NCBI GenBank assembly: GCA_039621445.1
Contig: CP154954.1
Span: forward strand, 32,140,012-32,204,011
DNA from: Euglena gracilis
Taxonomy: Eukaryota
Direction of reading: 5' to 3'
Length of the DNA stretch: 64,000 nucleotides
Both the position numbers and the translations under genes were made by a program. A model generated the notes under the pieces. The model worked only from the letters and a program-made list of their open reading frames with translations. It was not told the DNA's origin and did no database searches. The first letter of the stretch is position 1. Each line of letters opens with the position of its first letter. Positions 40,379 to 52,700 of this stretch are shown piece by piece.

Positions 40379-40419
40379 TATATATATAGATAGATATATA
40401 TATATATATATCTATATCT

Positions 40420-40482
<63 letters not shown>

Positions 40483-41065
40483 GGCCCCCCTGGACCTACC
40501 CAGCCGGTGAAACATCCACATCGGACTCAACAGAGTAGCTTGGTTCATTGCAAAGAGCCGTTCATGCCATGCAGGGGGGGGGAAAGAAAGCTGGGACGGG
40601 GTTTGAGGTACGGAGCACAGCAAACTGCCCATCACTTTGACACTCTCCACTGAAAAGTGACGAAACTTTCCGGTTTGGTTCAGCTGGGTTGAACTGGCCA
40701 CAATGCAGCCCTGCTGGGAGTTGCTGGCTGGGGGGGGGGGGAAGGTTGGGGGGATTGCACCATCCTTGAGGGCACATGCCTACAACCACGACCACAGTCG
40801 CCCGTTTATCCCACAACTTAAGATTCACCCCATAACCTCCCTCTCCCACTGGAGCATCCACTCCAGGAGTCACTCAGGGAAGGCCAGACGAGCCAGGGAG
40901 GAAGACAGCACCAATGTGGAGGCTGTACGCAGGTTATGCAGCAGGGGCACGATACCTTCGGCTCCAGGGGAGTCACACACCTCCCGGAGGGGGACGGAGA
41001 CAGACAGAGGGAAAGCTGCCGAACTCCTTCATCCATTCCCCTTCGGTCGGCCAACCACATGCAAA

Positions 41066-41178
41066 TCGGCCCTGGTCGGCCCTGGTCGGCCCTGGTCGGC
41101 CCTGGTCGGAAGCCCCACCTACGGGGGTCCTGAAAATCATATTCGGCCCTGGTCGGCCCTGGTCGGCCCTGGTCGGCC
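41066..41178. repeat. (CGGCCCTGGT)n 10-mer arrays
   Basis: Two short arrays separated by ~35 bp. Confidence 0.85.
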
Positions 41179-42370
41179 GTAGGTGCCTGGCCACATTGAC
41201 CATTCGAACTACATGAAATTGGGGGGGGGGGCATTACGCACACACACCAGGAGGCTGCCGAGCAGTGGGGACAGCTGGACGCCGTAGTCCTCATCGATCC
41301 CGTCGACGGACTTTACGGACAATGCGTGGCCACCGAACCTGGCCAAGACCAGCGGCCGCAGCACACAAGACCCTCGCTCCAAAACGACTCAGTTTTTACC
41401 AAACCGTCGTGGTTCTCAGATTGAAGACATATTCGCACACTTTTACACGATACAAATGCAAATCTCACTCCATCCCAGGGGAAAATGTGGGTTGGGTTGG
41501 ACCTCTCAGTTTCCTGAACGGACAGAACAAAAGAAACCAAACCAACGTCATTATGGGGCTCCTACAAATATGTATTCAGCACCACACCAGCAGGGGACAA
41601 CATTTATCATTGTGGAAATAGAAAAATGTTGATGAGAACGGCTCACACAAGCTCTCCCTCTGCCTCCTCCTCCACCGTCCCATCTCTTCCTCCACACAAC
41701 CTATACCGGCAATTATTTTTGAGCCTTTCCACTCTCAATGTCTGGGCCTCGGATGGCGTTCTGTAATGGTCAGCACATTCGCCACAAAAAAAAAACTCAC
41801 GCCCAACGTCACTGCAAATGAAAATTTCCTCTGAAGGAAGGGAAAGATATAAAACAATAACGTCCAGAGACACACACCTCCGGGTCGAAATGGTCTCTCT
41901 CTGCGAGAAAAGAGAAATACTGCTGTCCGGGGGAGGGGGGTCACAAATCCTGGTCGACACCGAGGAGGGGGAGGGAGAAACAATTCACAAAATAATTCTG
42001 CATCAGGAATTAAAGGAACAGAGCAAGGATTGGTGCAGGCTTGTGCTCTGGAGGAAAGAGGCTGGAAATCAGAATTGCTGGCAGTCTTTAAAACAAAAAA
42101 GTGAAAATGAAAAATCCGAGTCTCTTAAAGACCGCCCTGCAAAAGCAAGGTATGAAAATTACAAGAAATTGAAGACAGAAGCAACTGGATTTCCTTTAAT
42201 ATGCCAAGGAAGAACCTTGGAGGAAAATGGGACTTGAGCAGGAGTTTGCTGAATTGACTCTCGTCCACGTGTCTTGGTGGTTTGGATTGCCACCCCCAGC
42301 AACACCCGAGGCCTCCCCCACTGTCCCTGGGCTCCAGGCTTCCCTGGCACCCACCCACCCACCCACCCGC

Positions 42371-42935
<565 letters not shown>

Positions 42936-43439
42936 ACCATAGTCCCTCATCATCTACACTGCGCGGCCACGCGGGTGGTGCAGGGGCGGTCCGGCGGGCG
43001 TTCTTGGCGTTACAGCTCTCCCAATGCCTCCTCCGGCCCCTCTGAGGGGGGAGTGCCGGACAGGAGAGGAAATAATCCGGACGGTTTTCTGGGACACTCA
43101 AGGACTTAGCAATACCGGCGGGGGGCTGACTGCCATCTACACATACTCACTGCGTCTGAATTTTGGAGGACATTACTTTGCATGCTTGAAGTGAGCAAGA
43201 AGGTATTTTAGGGTGAATTCCCGGGAAGGTGCTTTGACTGGGAGGGGTGCATTGTATTATTACTTAAAAAATTGGGAGACTCATGCCGCCTTCAAATGTG
43301 GGGCTTAGTGACAACCTCAGGCATGACTGCTCTAGAGCGCATTCACCAAACGCTGTTGCGCCTGGAGCTGTCCATGGTGACATGTGGGGGTACAGCACTG
43401 CACACCAATGACTTGGAAGAAAGCGCCGGGCTGCGGGAT

Positions 43440-43511
43440 GGAAAGCAGGCAGCTGGTGAGGCGCTTCTTCTGGTTGGCGACGCGGCCGTACAGCCCGATG
43501 TAAGCCACCTG

Positions 43512-43546
<35 letters not shown>

Positions 43547-43766
43547 TGCGTGTGTGCGTGTTGCGTGCGTGTGTGCGTGCCCGGCACAGATGCCAATGCA
43601 ACAATGGCTGTGGCATATGGGGTGAGTGGGGAAGGGGGATCCCCAGTCTGCTGTCCCATCTCCTCAATTCTGCCATACCACCTCACCAAAAGCACATATG
43701 CCAGGCAGGGAACCAGCAAAATCACCAAAACTGTGGGACACCAAAAGTCCAGAAATTGGGGGGGGG

Positions 43767-43798
<32 letters not shown>

Positions 43799-43985
43799 TG
43801 CGTGTGTGCGTGTTGCGTGCGTGTGTATGAGTGTATGCGCTGTTGTGTGCGGTTTTGAATTGTAAGTGTGTGTGTTGTGTTTGTGTGTTGTGTTTGTGCT
43901 GCACGTTGTGTGCGTGCGTGTGTCTGTGTGTTTGCATGTTGTAAATTTGTGTGAGTTGTGCTGTTGTTGTAGTTGTTGTTGCTGT

Positions 43986-44022
<37 letters not shown>

Positions 44023-47000
44023 GTTGCTGTTGCTGTTGTTGCTGTTGTTGCTGCTGTTGTTGATGTGTGTTTTGAGTTGTTCGTGTGCGTGTTTGTCTGT
44101 GTCTCTGTGCGTCTCTTTCCCTCTCTCTCTCTCTCTCTGTGTGTGTGTGCACATGTGTGTGTGGGGGGACAAAGGAGGCTTGGACTTTGACATTAAGAAG
44201 GCCCTTCAGGGACTGCTTCACCCACCAAAGACAATGACTCCCAGATTCACACCTCTGGGGGGCGGGGGGGGGGGGGGGGGGGGCGTCTGCCCGTCACACA
44301 CCTCCTGTGCGGACATCGGCTCCTTCCAGAATGAGATGTAGGCGCCGCCAGGGGAGCCGGAAAGGGGGGGGGCAAGCCCCGTCGGTCCCGAGTGCAGGTT
44401 CACTTGGCCTCAACCCACCCACCCACTCTCGAAACCCTTGTGGGGTGACACCAGCGTTGAACGAATCTATGGTCCAGGAAACGAATATAAATCAATGTGA
44501 CGTTTCAATAAGAAACCAGTAAAGAAACACGGAGGATGTACACCCCGGAGTGTCTTGTGCCCTTCAATGCACTTGAGGTATGGTTATTCACGCCAGGACA
44601 CTTTCAGTAAGATTTTATCAACTGACACACACAGGGTGAGACGCCTGTTTACCTTCCTTTTTTTATGGTGGAAAATTCGAACAAGAATGTCAACCTTCAA
44701 AGGCAAAAAAAAACCACTCAAATGGGAAACACTGAGATTTGAAAAATGCACTATAAAAACACCGACAGATGCACTATAAAGAATGCACTATAAAGACACC
44801 GAGGTGCTGCGGTGTCCATGGTGCTGGGCATCGACCTCCCCACTGGCATAAAACGCTGAAAGCAAATTGCCGAGTTTTTTTGGAACCAGAAGAATGATTT
44901 TTTCCCTGGGACGCAGAGGAAAAACAAGTCCCCACAGTCTCCTGCAAAAAAATCTGAAAATACGAGACAATTCCCCCCCAAAACGGCCCTCCCCTGGAGG
45001 TTTCCAGCAACGGACCCAAAAATAAGACCCGGGCCCAATTTTGGGAGGGGGTCAGAGGGGGGCGGCTTCCTCCTGCCCTGGGCCAGGGACACCTCGGGCT
45101 GGGGGCCCAGCGCGGCCAGCTCCCGGGCCGTCCGCGTCTCCTCCTCGATGCGCCGGTAGAGGTGGTCCCGGTACCACGCCAGCTCCTCCAGCCGCTCCTC
45201 CAGCCTGGGGGGGCGGGGGGGTCAACCCGAGTCGGGGTTCAGCCTGACCAACCCCCCCCCCCCCCGGGGGGGGGCTCGGATTTCAGGCCCGGGGTGGGGT
45301 TGGGTGGCCAAAATTATTTTTGCCAGGAAGAATTTTTTTAAGGCATTTTTAAGCATTTTCACACATTCTAAGCATTTGGCCCAGATTTTAGGGCCATTTT
45401 AATTCAATCACGGGATTTTAAGGTTTTTTGAAAAGCTCCTACGGTGGAGCAAAATGAAATCACAAAACCTCGGCAAAAGGAAAACAGTTGAAAAAATGAT
45501 TTGGGTGGATAGACAACGATGCCAGAAAATCATTCTTTCCCCAACGTTGGTTCAATGCATGGATGGACCGCCTTGCTGCAGCCTTGGACCTCCTGAAAAA
45601 TAATGTCAAAAGTGCCTTAAAAATTGAAGTGCCTGGATGAACCAAAGGGAGAGGGGGAAAGACCTTGAAAGCTTTGAGGTGGCCAATCTTGCACCGGGGC
45701 CTTATTTGCCCTATTTGCAGAACTGGGTAACCTTCCATTCTTTTTATTTCGCAGGCTTGGGTCCAGGTCTTTGAGGTTCTGCTTATGCCGTCCATAGCCC
45801 ACAGCTGTTTTACGCTACCATCTTCTCAGGTTGAAACTCGGGGCATCAAAGCAAATTCTTATAACTGTTGAAAGAGCGCGGACCATGTTTTGTGTGCTGT
45901 CCCCCCAAACAACCAACTGGCCTGTCCCAACCCCGGTCATCGATTGGGGGTGAGGAATGATCAAAAATGTTGAGACCAGCTTTTGTTGATTGTGAGGTTG
46001 GAGGCATACTCTTGTTCCTTCGCATGGTCCCGGCTTTCTATCACAGTGCACTGCTGGACATGCAGCTCCGCTGAGCACAAAGCATTGCCAAGACTGGGAG
46101 TTGAAAAAATCCCATCCCATCCCATCCTGACAGTGATCGGCCAGGGAAGAGCCCCAGAAAGGGGAAAAGGTCAGATATTAAATTTGGTATCAAACCAGAC
46201 AGAGGTGAGAAAATGGTAACAGCTACAGCAGCAGGGAACACACTGAGAAACACCATGCTCATAATATGTATAATGTACATAATATGTAATATACAAATGA
46301 ATAATACACATATAATATATATAATATATGATATACGTATGCATAATATGTATAATATGTATACAATATATAATGTACATTTATTTATGTATGCAATACA
46401 ATATAAATTAAGCACATAATAATACTATTATACCATTATTTTTTATTTGTTCTCCCTTTACAAGGCCCTGTCCACAGATTTGGTATCTTTCTCATTTAGC
46501 CAGCCGACTTCAGGATGGGCAAGTGAGTTTCCCGGGCGGAGGTCAACCTACCGACCTACCCAACCCACCGGTCAAAAAGCCCTTCAAAGCCCTTTGGTAT
46601 TTTTTTCTTCTTCGTCGGAACAGCTTCTGTATACCACAGTGATAAGCAAACGTCTAGTAATAAATGACGTTGCAGGCAGGCCATCTGCTAGGCAACAGGC
46701 TCACAGCTTTCTTGCTGACTTATAATCCACTTCCGCAAAATCCCCCTACCCCCCCCAAACCCCCCTGGTTTCCAGTGATCTTGGCGGTTTTTTTGGACCC
46801 AAAACACCCGAAAAATCCCCGCGAGCAGAGGTTTCTCTCAGGACCAAAAAGAGGAAGTTGCAGGGAAGGGGGGTGCAGACCCACCCACCCACCCTCTCGC
46901 CCCTCAGGGGGGGGCGCTCAGGGGGACCCACTTTTGGGGGTCAATTTTGGGTAAAAAAATGTTTCCTCCCTCTGGGGGGGCCCCCCCCCCAGGGGGGGCT

Positions 47001-47325
47001 TGGCTGGGACCCACTGGGGGGGGGGGTCCTGGTGGGTCCCCGTGGGTACGAAACTTAAAAGATTTCTCTGCCCACAAGAGGCACATAATAAAAATTTTGG
47101 GGGAATGCTTTCTTGCATAACAGCTGATCCATGCCAGGAGGGGGAGGGATAGAGCGCCCCGAACACCCACCGACGTCAAAAACACGTACAAACACGCCAC
47201 ACGGAGAGGCACAATGATTTGCATAACCCCATTTTGGGGGTGTTGGGGGTTTGGATTGAAAAGGCAGGCAAAGCCTTGGTGAGGTCCCGGAGCACCATTT
47301 GCACTTGGTCCTGCAGTGCTTCCAT
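43440..47325 (-). CDS. Unidentified multi-exon gene, coiled-coil-like protein; ends approximate
   Basis: Exons 45084-45204 (LEERLEELAWYRDHLYRRIEEETRTARELAALGPQPEVSL), 44302-44343 (AYISFWKEPMSAQE) and 43508 downward (VAYIGLYGRVANQKKRL) join in frame. Candidate upstream exons: 47325 (MEALQDQVQMVLRDLTK), ~45760-45795 and ~45546-45592. Confidence 0.6.
43514..44162. repeat. (TG)n, (TGTTGC)n and (CT)n simple repeats inside a GT-AG intron
   Basis: Directly visible; a ~60-bp TG-rich block is duplicated (43514-43580 and 43768-43825). Confidence 0.9.
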
Positions 47326-49221
47326 CCCGGTGCCTCACACCGCCCGGAGGAAAAAGACGACACACGGCATGCGACGCACTGCGGGTTCGGGTGGCACGGG
47401 TCGAGTTGGAGGATTGAACTGTCATTGGGGCGCTCCAGAAGAAAAAATCGGGGGCCATTTTCTATGCTCCCAGGCTTAACCTCCCACACTGGTAGGTGCA
47501 TAGCGTAAAAATGCCCCGGCCAGTGAACAAAGCGTCCAACTGAATCTACTCAGCGATTGGATTGGCATTTTTATCTCTTTGCTTCTGTTTTGTTCTTTGA
47601 ATGTTTGCGGGCCGCGCCCCGATATTTTTTGGGGGGGAAATCCTTTTTTCAAGGTGGCTGCCCCACCTGTTGGGATGCTAACTGGGGCCGAATCATTTGA
47701 CACACCACTCAAGGTGTGGATGCGCATGGGATGCCTTAAGCAGGTTTTTTCATAACAACCGTCTCAATGCACCACATTGTCAAACAAATATCGAAGCTGA
47801 ATGAGGGTTTCTCCCAACCAGCCAATCAGCAACGGTGGAAGTGAATTTGCTTGCAAAAGCAGGTACACCTACAATTTTGGGATTTTGAACAGACGTTGTG
47901 AGACGAGGGGTGGTGCCTCCGGAAACAAAAGCAATTCAGGGGTACGCCCACTGGTAAGTGTGCTGAACGGCTGCGACTGACTCCAGGGCTGTTTATCTCT
48001 GCAGGAGAGGAAAGTCGCAAACTGGAGATTTTCAATCAGCCCTGGTTTCACCCCAACAACCTGCTGGTGCGACCACAACCCTTGAGGTGGAAAAAATATT
48101 CAGTCCCCCCTCAATCTTTTTTTGCAAAAGGTGTGAGGCACAGAAATAAACCAATAAAATTGTTTGCCACAAGGATTCCACACAATTTGTAGAAAAATCC
48201 GTGAAAGCACACCTTCCCACCTGGGACACTGTCACATGAAAAGTCAGCCAGTACCACAGTACCAGGGACCCTGGCAACTTGCCATGATGACAGATTGGCC
48301 GGTACAGGGGCTTCGGACAGCATCCCGGGCGGGACCTGACAGGTTCTCGGGCATGCCAGCCAGGGGTTTCCATTTAAGAACCTCCGGGGGGGGGGGAGGG
48401 TCATGCGGGCCGGCTAGAAAAAGGTGCTGGCTGGACCCCCCAGGCAGCCAGGTGAGGGGCGGGGGGTTCGGAGGGGGGGGGGTCCGACCTCTGGCAGCTG
48501 GCCCCGGCAGATACCCGAAAAATGGCAGAGATGTCCAACTCCAGCTGGGTTGGGGGTTTTTTTTTAGCTAGAAATCCCGAACCCCTAAAAACCCTAAAAA
48601 CCCTGAAATCCCTAAAAACAGCCCCCTTCAAAAATGCATTTCTTGGCCACTTTGACTCCTTTTTTTCCGGCCCCGCCCGGCTTTGCCGGGCTGGCTAAAC
48701 TTCATTTAAGAGGATCTCCTGGGGGGCCCACAGCCCAGCTGGGAGCTGCTGGCTGGAAAAAAAAACGTGCTGGCTGAATGGAACCCCCCCCGGGGGGGGT
48801 GGCTTGAGAAAACCCTTGGTGACACTGTCCCAGGAACTGGGTGCATAAAATGTCAAAATTTTGAAGGGTATCTGTATCTTAAAAAAATACCATTCTTGTT
48901 TTATTAGCATTGGGAAGAATATGGCAATGCCCAAATGACGAGGTACTAGAAAGATGGTACTAGAAAGATTAAATTTGCGTGGGAAAAGTATTTATGTACT
49001 GCGTTCCATATTTCCAGGTTGGCACGATGAGTTCATGGATGAAAACACAGACCATCAAAATGCGCAATCCAACAAATGGAGCATGCCAACCCGGTCACTT
49101 GAGGGGTTCAAAAGACAAACGTACTGCATCACGCGTCCAATCAACACGGCAGGAGACAGTCCAAGGGTGGGGGCGTGCAGTTAATCCATAGCTGGAGGCC
49201 GGGTTCCCCGCGCCTAGGGTG

Positions 49222-49358
49222 TCACCGCACGTGCCTCAGGACGGCAAAGTGGTCCTCCAGTGAGGGGCGGCGGCCGGCGAAGTGATAATCGCACGTGGAG
49301 CGGAATGCGTCGCCGTGCAGCGCCTGCAGCGTGCGGCAGAACTGCTCCAGCTCGACTC
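49222..49358 (-). CDS. C2orf69: C2orf69-like last exon
   Basis: VELEQFCRTLQALHGDAFRSTCDYHFAGRRPSLEDHFAVLRHVR, TGA stop at 49222-49224. Confidence 0.88.
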
Positions 49359-49449
49359 CCGCCGCCAGCCTTCGCTTTGCAACACCCCATTCCCCCGGAT
49401 GTAAACCCTCCCCCCAAATAATGCCCCCCCTGGATGGGGACTTCAGGCA

Positions 49450-49534
<85 letters not shown>

Positions 49535-49535
49535 T

Positions 49536-49595
<60 letters not shown>

Positions 49596-49600
49596 TAATT

Positions 49601-49633
<33 letters not shown>

Positions 49634-49640
49634 CAACAGC

Positions 49641-49713
<73 letters not shown>

Positions 49714-49715
49714 GC

Positions 49716-49749
<34 letters not shown>

Positions 49750-52700
49750 CAACAACAACAACAACAACAATTTGGTGGAGTTACACAAAACCCCAGCTCC
49801 GCCGCATTGGCCGCACGGTAAATTTTGTAAGACACTGCAGCGATGGGTGTTTTGCGGAGTGAGGTGGGTTGGGCACACTTCCGAACCCTTTTTGGCAGAT
49901 ATCGAGTGAGTCCCAGCGCGCAACAAGCAAAGTGTCTTCCATACTGAAAAGCAGCAAAATCAGGCAGGGGCGGAGAGCCAGGGTTCCAAAAGTGAGGTCG
50001 GGGTGGTGTGACCCCCTCTCTCCCCAGCTGTGTACACCCAAAGCTCACTTTGCCCCCCGGGGCAAGCACAGGTGGCAACGCAGCCGAGGCCGCAGCTGCA
50101 CCATGTATGGGGTGGAGTGGATTTCGATGCAGCGTTGGCCACCGTCAGCAGCTGCCCTCAGGGTTTGATGATGCGACAGACCATCAGGGTGCCAACCAAC
50201 CCATCCCACTGGGGGGGGGTGAAGGGGCGGGTCGTTAGTGTAGTCAAAACGTGAATCCCACGTAGTTTCCAAAACCTTTCATTTCAGCATTTCATGCATC
50301 AAACCCCTGGCTAGCCGAGGCAAACCCTGCTGGACTTTGCCGCCACCCACCGCTCCACGAAGCACAGCAAGGCATCATTTCATCGCCCCCCCCCCCCTTC
50401 ATCAGTTATTGAATTTTGTGTATCGATCAGTTAAGCACATCAGCAATTGTCCTGCACAACAAACCAAATCAAACCAAATTCCATAGCCCAGATGCAGGGG
50501 GCCAATGGCTGGCTTATTTTGGATACACTTTTTTGATTTAAAGGTTAAATGGTAACTTGGATGTTACCATCCTTGGCATCAATTTTTGATTGGGCATTAT
50601 TGAAAGAAACCCAAATGGCTACCCTCCCCTCCCTTGTCGTACGACCTGCAACCTGCGACAGGGGGGCTGGTCGTTAGACCCCCCTAACCTGCAACCTGCG
50701 ACCGGGGGGTGGTCGTTATAATGGGGGTGGTTGTTGTTCACAATATTGACCGATACCAATGGGGACCTGAATTGTCGTCATGGGTGCGCTGAAGGACCTT
50801 GTACAAACTGCGGAGGCTTTCGAGCCATCGCTACGGGTGTGCAAACCATGAGCGCCGGTGGGGAACATGGAAAATGCCTGAAAAAGGCGACAACCTCAAA
50901 AAACCAGCCTTTTTTTGGTTCTGACCTGCGACCTGCGACTGGGGGGTGGTCGTTAAACCCCCCTGACCTGCAACTTTGGACAAGGGGGTGGCCGTTATAA
51001 TGGGTTGTTCTTCCGACAAGGGGGGGGGGAGGGTACCAGCAAAAAACTGTCGACAATATTGAATACCAGGAATGCAACTCCTTCAGCGATGGACCCTAAA
51101 AAGGGACAAAACACAAAACACACACAAGTCAAAAACAAGCTTGCATTTCCCCCTGCCTTCTTTTGCATGTGATTTGGTGCGTGGCATTTGGCATTTGGCA
51201 TTCTTAAAAAGAAGTTTCCAGCCACATTGTGCTTCATCAGCTTTGGTGAAAAATGACTCTGGTACCGATGAACAATGAATGAAGGAGTCAAATTGCAGAA
51301 CAATATGCACAAACAGTACACCCCCCCCCAAATAAGCCCCGGGTCATATTTCTGGGTCCGTTCCTGGAAACCTCCAGGGGGGGGGGGGGCTTATTTTTGG
51401 AGTTTTTCTTGACCAACCCGGGCCTGAAAAAAACATCATTTTTCAGGATCCCAAAAGCATTTCAAATTCTCTTTTGGCGCTTTGAACCATGTGCAAATTG
51501 GTGTAAGTTGACATTTGGCATTTGGCATGTTTTTTTTTGCACTTCAAAAATCTGAAAAAAATTGAAATTTCATCATTTTTGTGCGTGAAATTGGGGGTTT
51601 TGGCAATTTTCAGGTATATTTTTTCAAATTTTCACCGTCTTTGGCGCTTCGTGCTGTCAGGGGGGGTCTTATTTTTGGGGGTCTTATTTTTGGATTTTTG
51701 CTTGATCGGCCCAGGGGGAGTCTTATTTTGGGGGGGGTCTTATTTTTTGAATTTTTGCTCGAAGGGAGGGTCTTGTTTTTGGGGGGTCTTACTTTTGGTA
51801 TCATTGATCGGGAATGCTCACAATTTCCTCCTTAGGCAACACGTAGATGACAAACACTGAGATCGCAACAGACCACCGTCACAGGGGTTGAGGGGGACAG
51901 CGGAGGTGAAAGGCGGCCTGGGCGTTGCACAGCGGCGGGCCAGGGGCCGGGGTAGGCGCCCGGCAGGTTGGAGTTGCCGGCGTCGACCCAAATGAGGCGC
52001 CGCACGAGGCGGAGGGCGAAGGGGCTGTCCGGGGCGGGGGCGCCGTCGCGGGGGTCATCCACCGCTTCCTCCGGCGGCGGCGGGCGGCTGGCGACGGTTG
52101 AGGGTTGAGGCGGGCCCTGGCCCCAAACAAACCCGGGGCGAGGGGCTTTTTTAAAGACCCCCGGGGGGGATTCCGCATGCCGGCTGGAAAAAGGTGCTGC
52201 CGATCTCCCCCCCCCCAGGGGTACGGGTCTGGGGGTCTGGCCAGGTGGTAGCTGGACCTGGAGGGCACCTAAAAACAGGCGAAAGCCTTGCCATTTCTGG
52301 CCATTTTGACCCCCTGTTCCCAATATTTTCGGTCCACTGGCTTCGCTGGGGTGTGGCCCGAACTTTATTTCAGTGGCCCCCACAGCCCGGCTGGCTGGAC
52401 CCCCCCCCCAGGGTAGGGTCCCCTCCGCGTGAGAAAACCCCTGCCCGTTCTTTGCAAGGCGGCCCTGGACGAAATGGAAAAAAAGAAACTTTTGTCCCAG
52501 CGCAACAAGGAAAATAAAAAGGAAAAATAAGTGGAAAATTGGAGGAAACGGGTTCACAGAAAAAATGTGATCAAAAGTTCGCTGCACAGAGTTGATTGAT
52601 TGCAAAAATCCCCAACGTGCCAGTTCAGGCGCTGTCCCCCCTCCCTCGAAAAGAGTCGATATCATCCTGAACATCAACGCCGCCGTTTAAAAATAATAAA

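Noticed and set aside
41066-41178. Short direct repeats as a possible CRISPR array (also 33465-33522, 35236-35345, 5019-5120)
   Set aside because: Repeats are 10-20 nt and tandem, without unique spacers; no cas genes; eukaryotic context.
43440-45204. Tentative assignment of the coiled-coil gene to Vps37/Mod(r) or OSCA families
   Set aside because: Resemblance is weak and not motif-level; left unnamed.
47800-48340. Possible LINE endonuclease/RT remnants (also ~45815-46030 and ~53690-53990)
   Set aside because: Only vague GDFN-like fragments; cannot be supported by eye.
48578-48620. AACCCTAAA-like repeats resembling a telomere
   Set aside because: Only about four irregular 9-10-nt units inside a MITE-like sequence; not a (TTAGGG)n array.
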